From NCBI GenBank assembly GCA_002633005.1, contig NMRA01000584.1, positions 64,838 to 128,837 of the forward strand: a stretch of 64,000 bases of DNA. The letters run 5' to 3'. A program made the translations under genes and the position numbers. Of this stretch, positions 62,811 through 64,000 are shown one piece after another. Positions within the stretch are counted from its first letter, which is position 1, and every line of letters starts with the position of its first letter. Source of the DNA: Phoronis australis (lineage: Eukaryota; Animalia; Phoronida). The notes under the pieces are model-generated. The model had not been told where the DNA came from, made no database searches, and saw only the letters and a program-made list of their open reading frames with translations.

Positions 62811-64000
62811 TAGCCTGATATGTCCGAGGTACCGGCCTATATTTCTTTTAATATACGACCACTGATGCTTCTTTCCGGCTCTGATTTCTTCGTCTGTTTG
62901 ATTGGCCTGCTTTTATCTGCTTTGACATGTCTCATCGTCGTCTAAGCGCTAGCATTATTTATACCACCAGGTGGCACTGTACAACCGCAGTCAATATTCA
63001 GGGGGGTAGGCCTATGTCGGGTTCGGTGGCAGTCTAGAGGTTGTATTGAAAGTAGGTTTGATTTATTGAATTAATTCTGCCTCGCTTGCTTTAGCGAACC
63101 GGCTGTCAACGAGCTTAACCCATTTACTTGATCAGGTTAAGCTGCATTTCGGCTTCAGCTTGTTAAGCTGGCTAAAATGGAAATCCAATCTATTGCTCTA
63201 GTAAAATCGATCTCATAATAATGGTCCCCCTCAAGCAATCCAAGATTGCATGAAAACCCTATAAGTTGACACCTTTTTGGGTCACAGTTTTTGGAATCTG
63301 AAGGCAATTTGACCTCAGAATCTATTATCGACTGTGTTGGGCATGGGCAGGGAACTGGTTGATCTTTGGTAGAACTGTCTGTCAATTTTGCATTTACGGC
63401 CATATTTTGAAAGCCAGCTTTCTTTTTTTGGAGGCACGTGAGGACTAAATGTGCGACAGAAATAAACTCCCGTGGTCATGAGTCAATTTTCTAGAGGTGC
63501 ACGAATATTCCTTCAATATATACATGTAGATTTCGACAGAGAAGCTAAAAGGATCTATGGCGTGTGTACAGCGCTCCATCATGGATTTATGATTTTTGCA
63601 GAGTGTATTTTAAAATTCGACAGACACAAATAGCGACATCTGATATCCGGGTGGCTTGAACGAGAAGCCTCCTTCTGGCCTCCAGTCCGAGTTAGAGGTT
63701 ACTTAAACAGTACACACCATGGATTTTTCCACATTTTGAATTACTGCTGGCCACAAACTAAATGCATGACGTAAAATTTAGCTAAACCCATGTTTATTTT
63801 GTGTAATTAGCTCGAAATTTTGAGTTTTCTTTCAATTTTGCCAATTTTCACATTTCCCGCCATGTGACGTCATGGGTTGAACACAAGAGATCAGTGACTA
63901 GCATTGAACAATGGCGGAGAGCAGGGAATTTGAAAGCGACGACGATTATGAGCAAGAATTGAACGAATACTATGAAGAAACGTACGGGAATGGTGGCCAG

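Overview
Intron-rich, AT-rich animal genomic DNA, most likely a marine invertebrate; the conserved proteins and repeat types suggest a spiralian/lophotrochozoan, but this is not provable here. Three protein-coding genes are on the minus strand. (1) A complete five-coding-exon GATA4/5/6-class zinc-finger transcription factor (CDS 18980->8712, 418 aa as I splice it; 'GATA-B'). (2) About 5 kb downstream, in tandem, the first coding exon of a second GATA4/5/6 paralog (3627->2820; 'GATA-A'), whose zinc fingers must lie left of the window. (3) Seventeen exons (55998->42491, about 1004 aa) of a transmembrane receptor guanylyl cyclase whose 5' exons were not found. About 23 kb with no recognisable coding exon separates GATA-B from the cyclase; it contains GATA-motif clusters, microsatellite blocks and a probable assembly duplication. 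The window also holds many non-autonomous transposons (a HINE/pearl-like element, hAT/Harbinger-like MITEs, fold-backs) and a decayed hAT transposase. Best leads: four miR-31 seed sites plus a let-7/Pumilio/miR-96/miR-153 cluster in the putative GATA-B 3'UTR; a candidate internal promoter and micro first exon giving an N-truncated GATA-A isoform; an overlapping uORF at the GATA-B start; autoregulatory-looking GATA-site clusters; and a GATA1/2/3-like N-terminal motif in both GATA4/5/6 paralogs. All coordinates were read by hand and no database searches were run.
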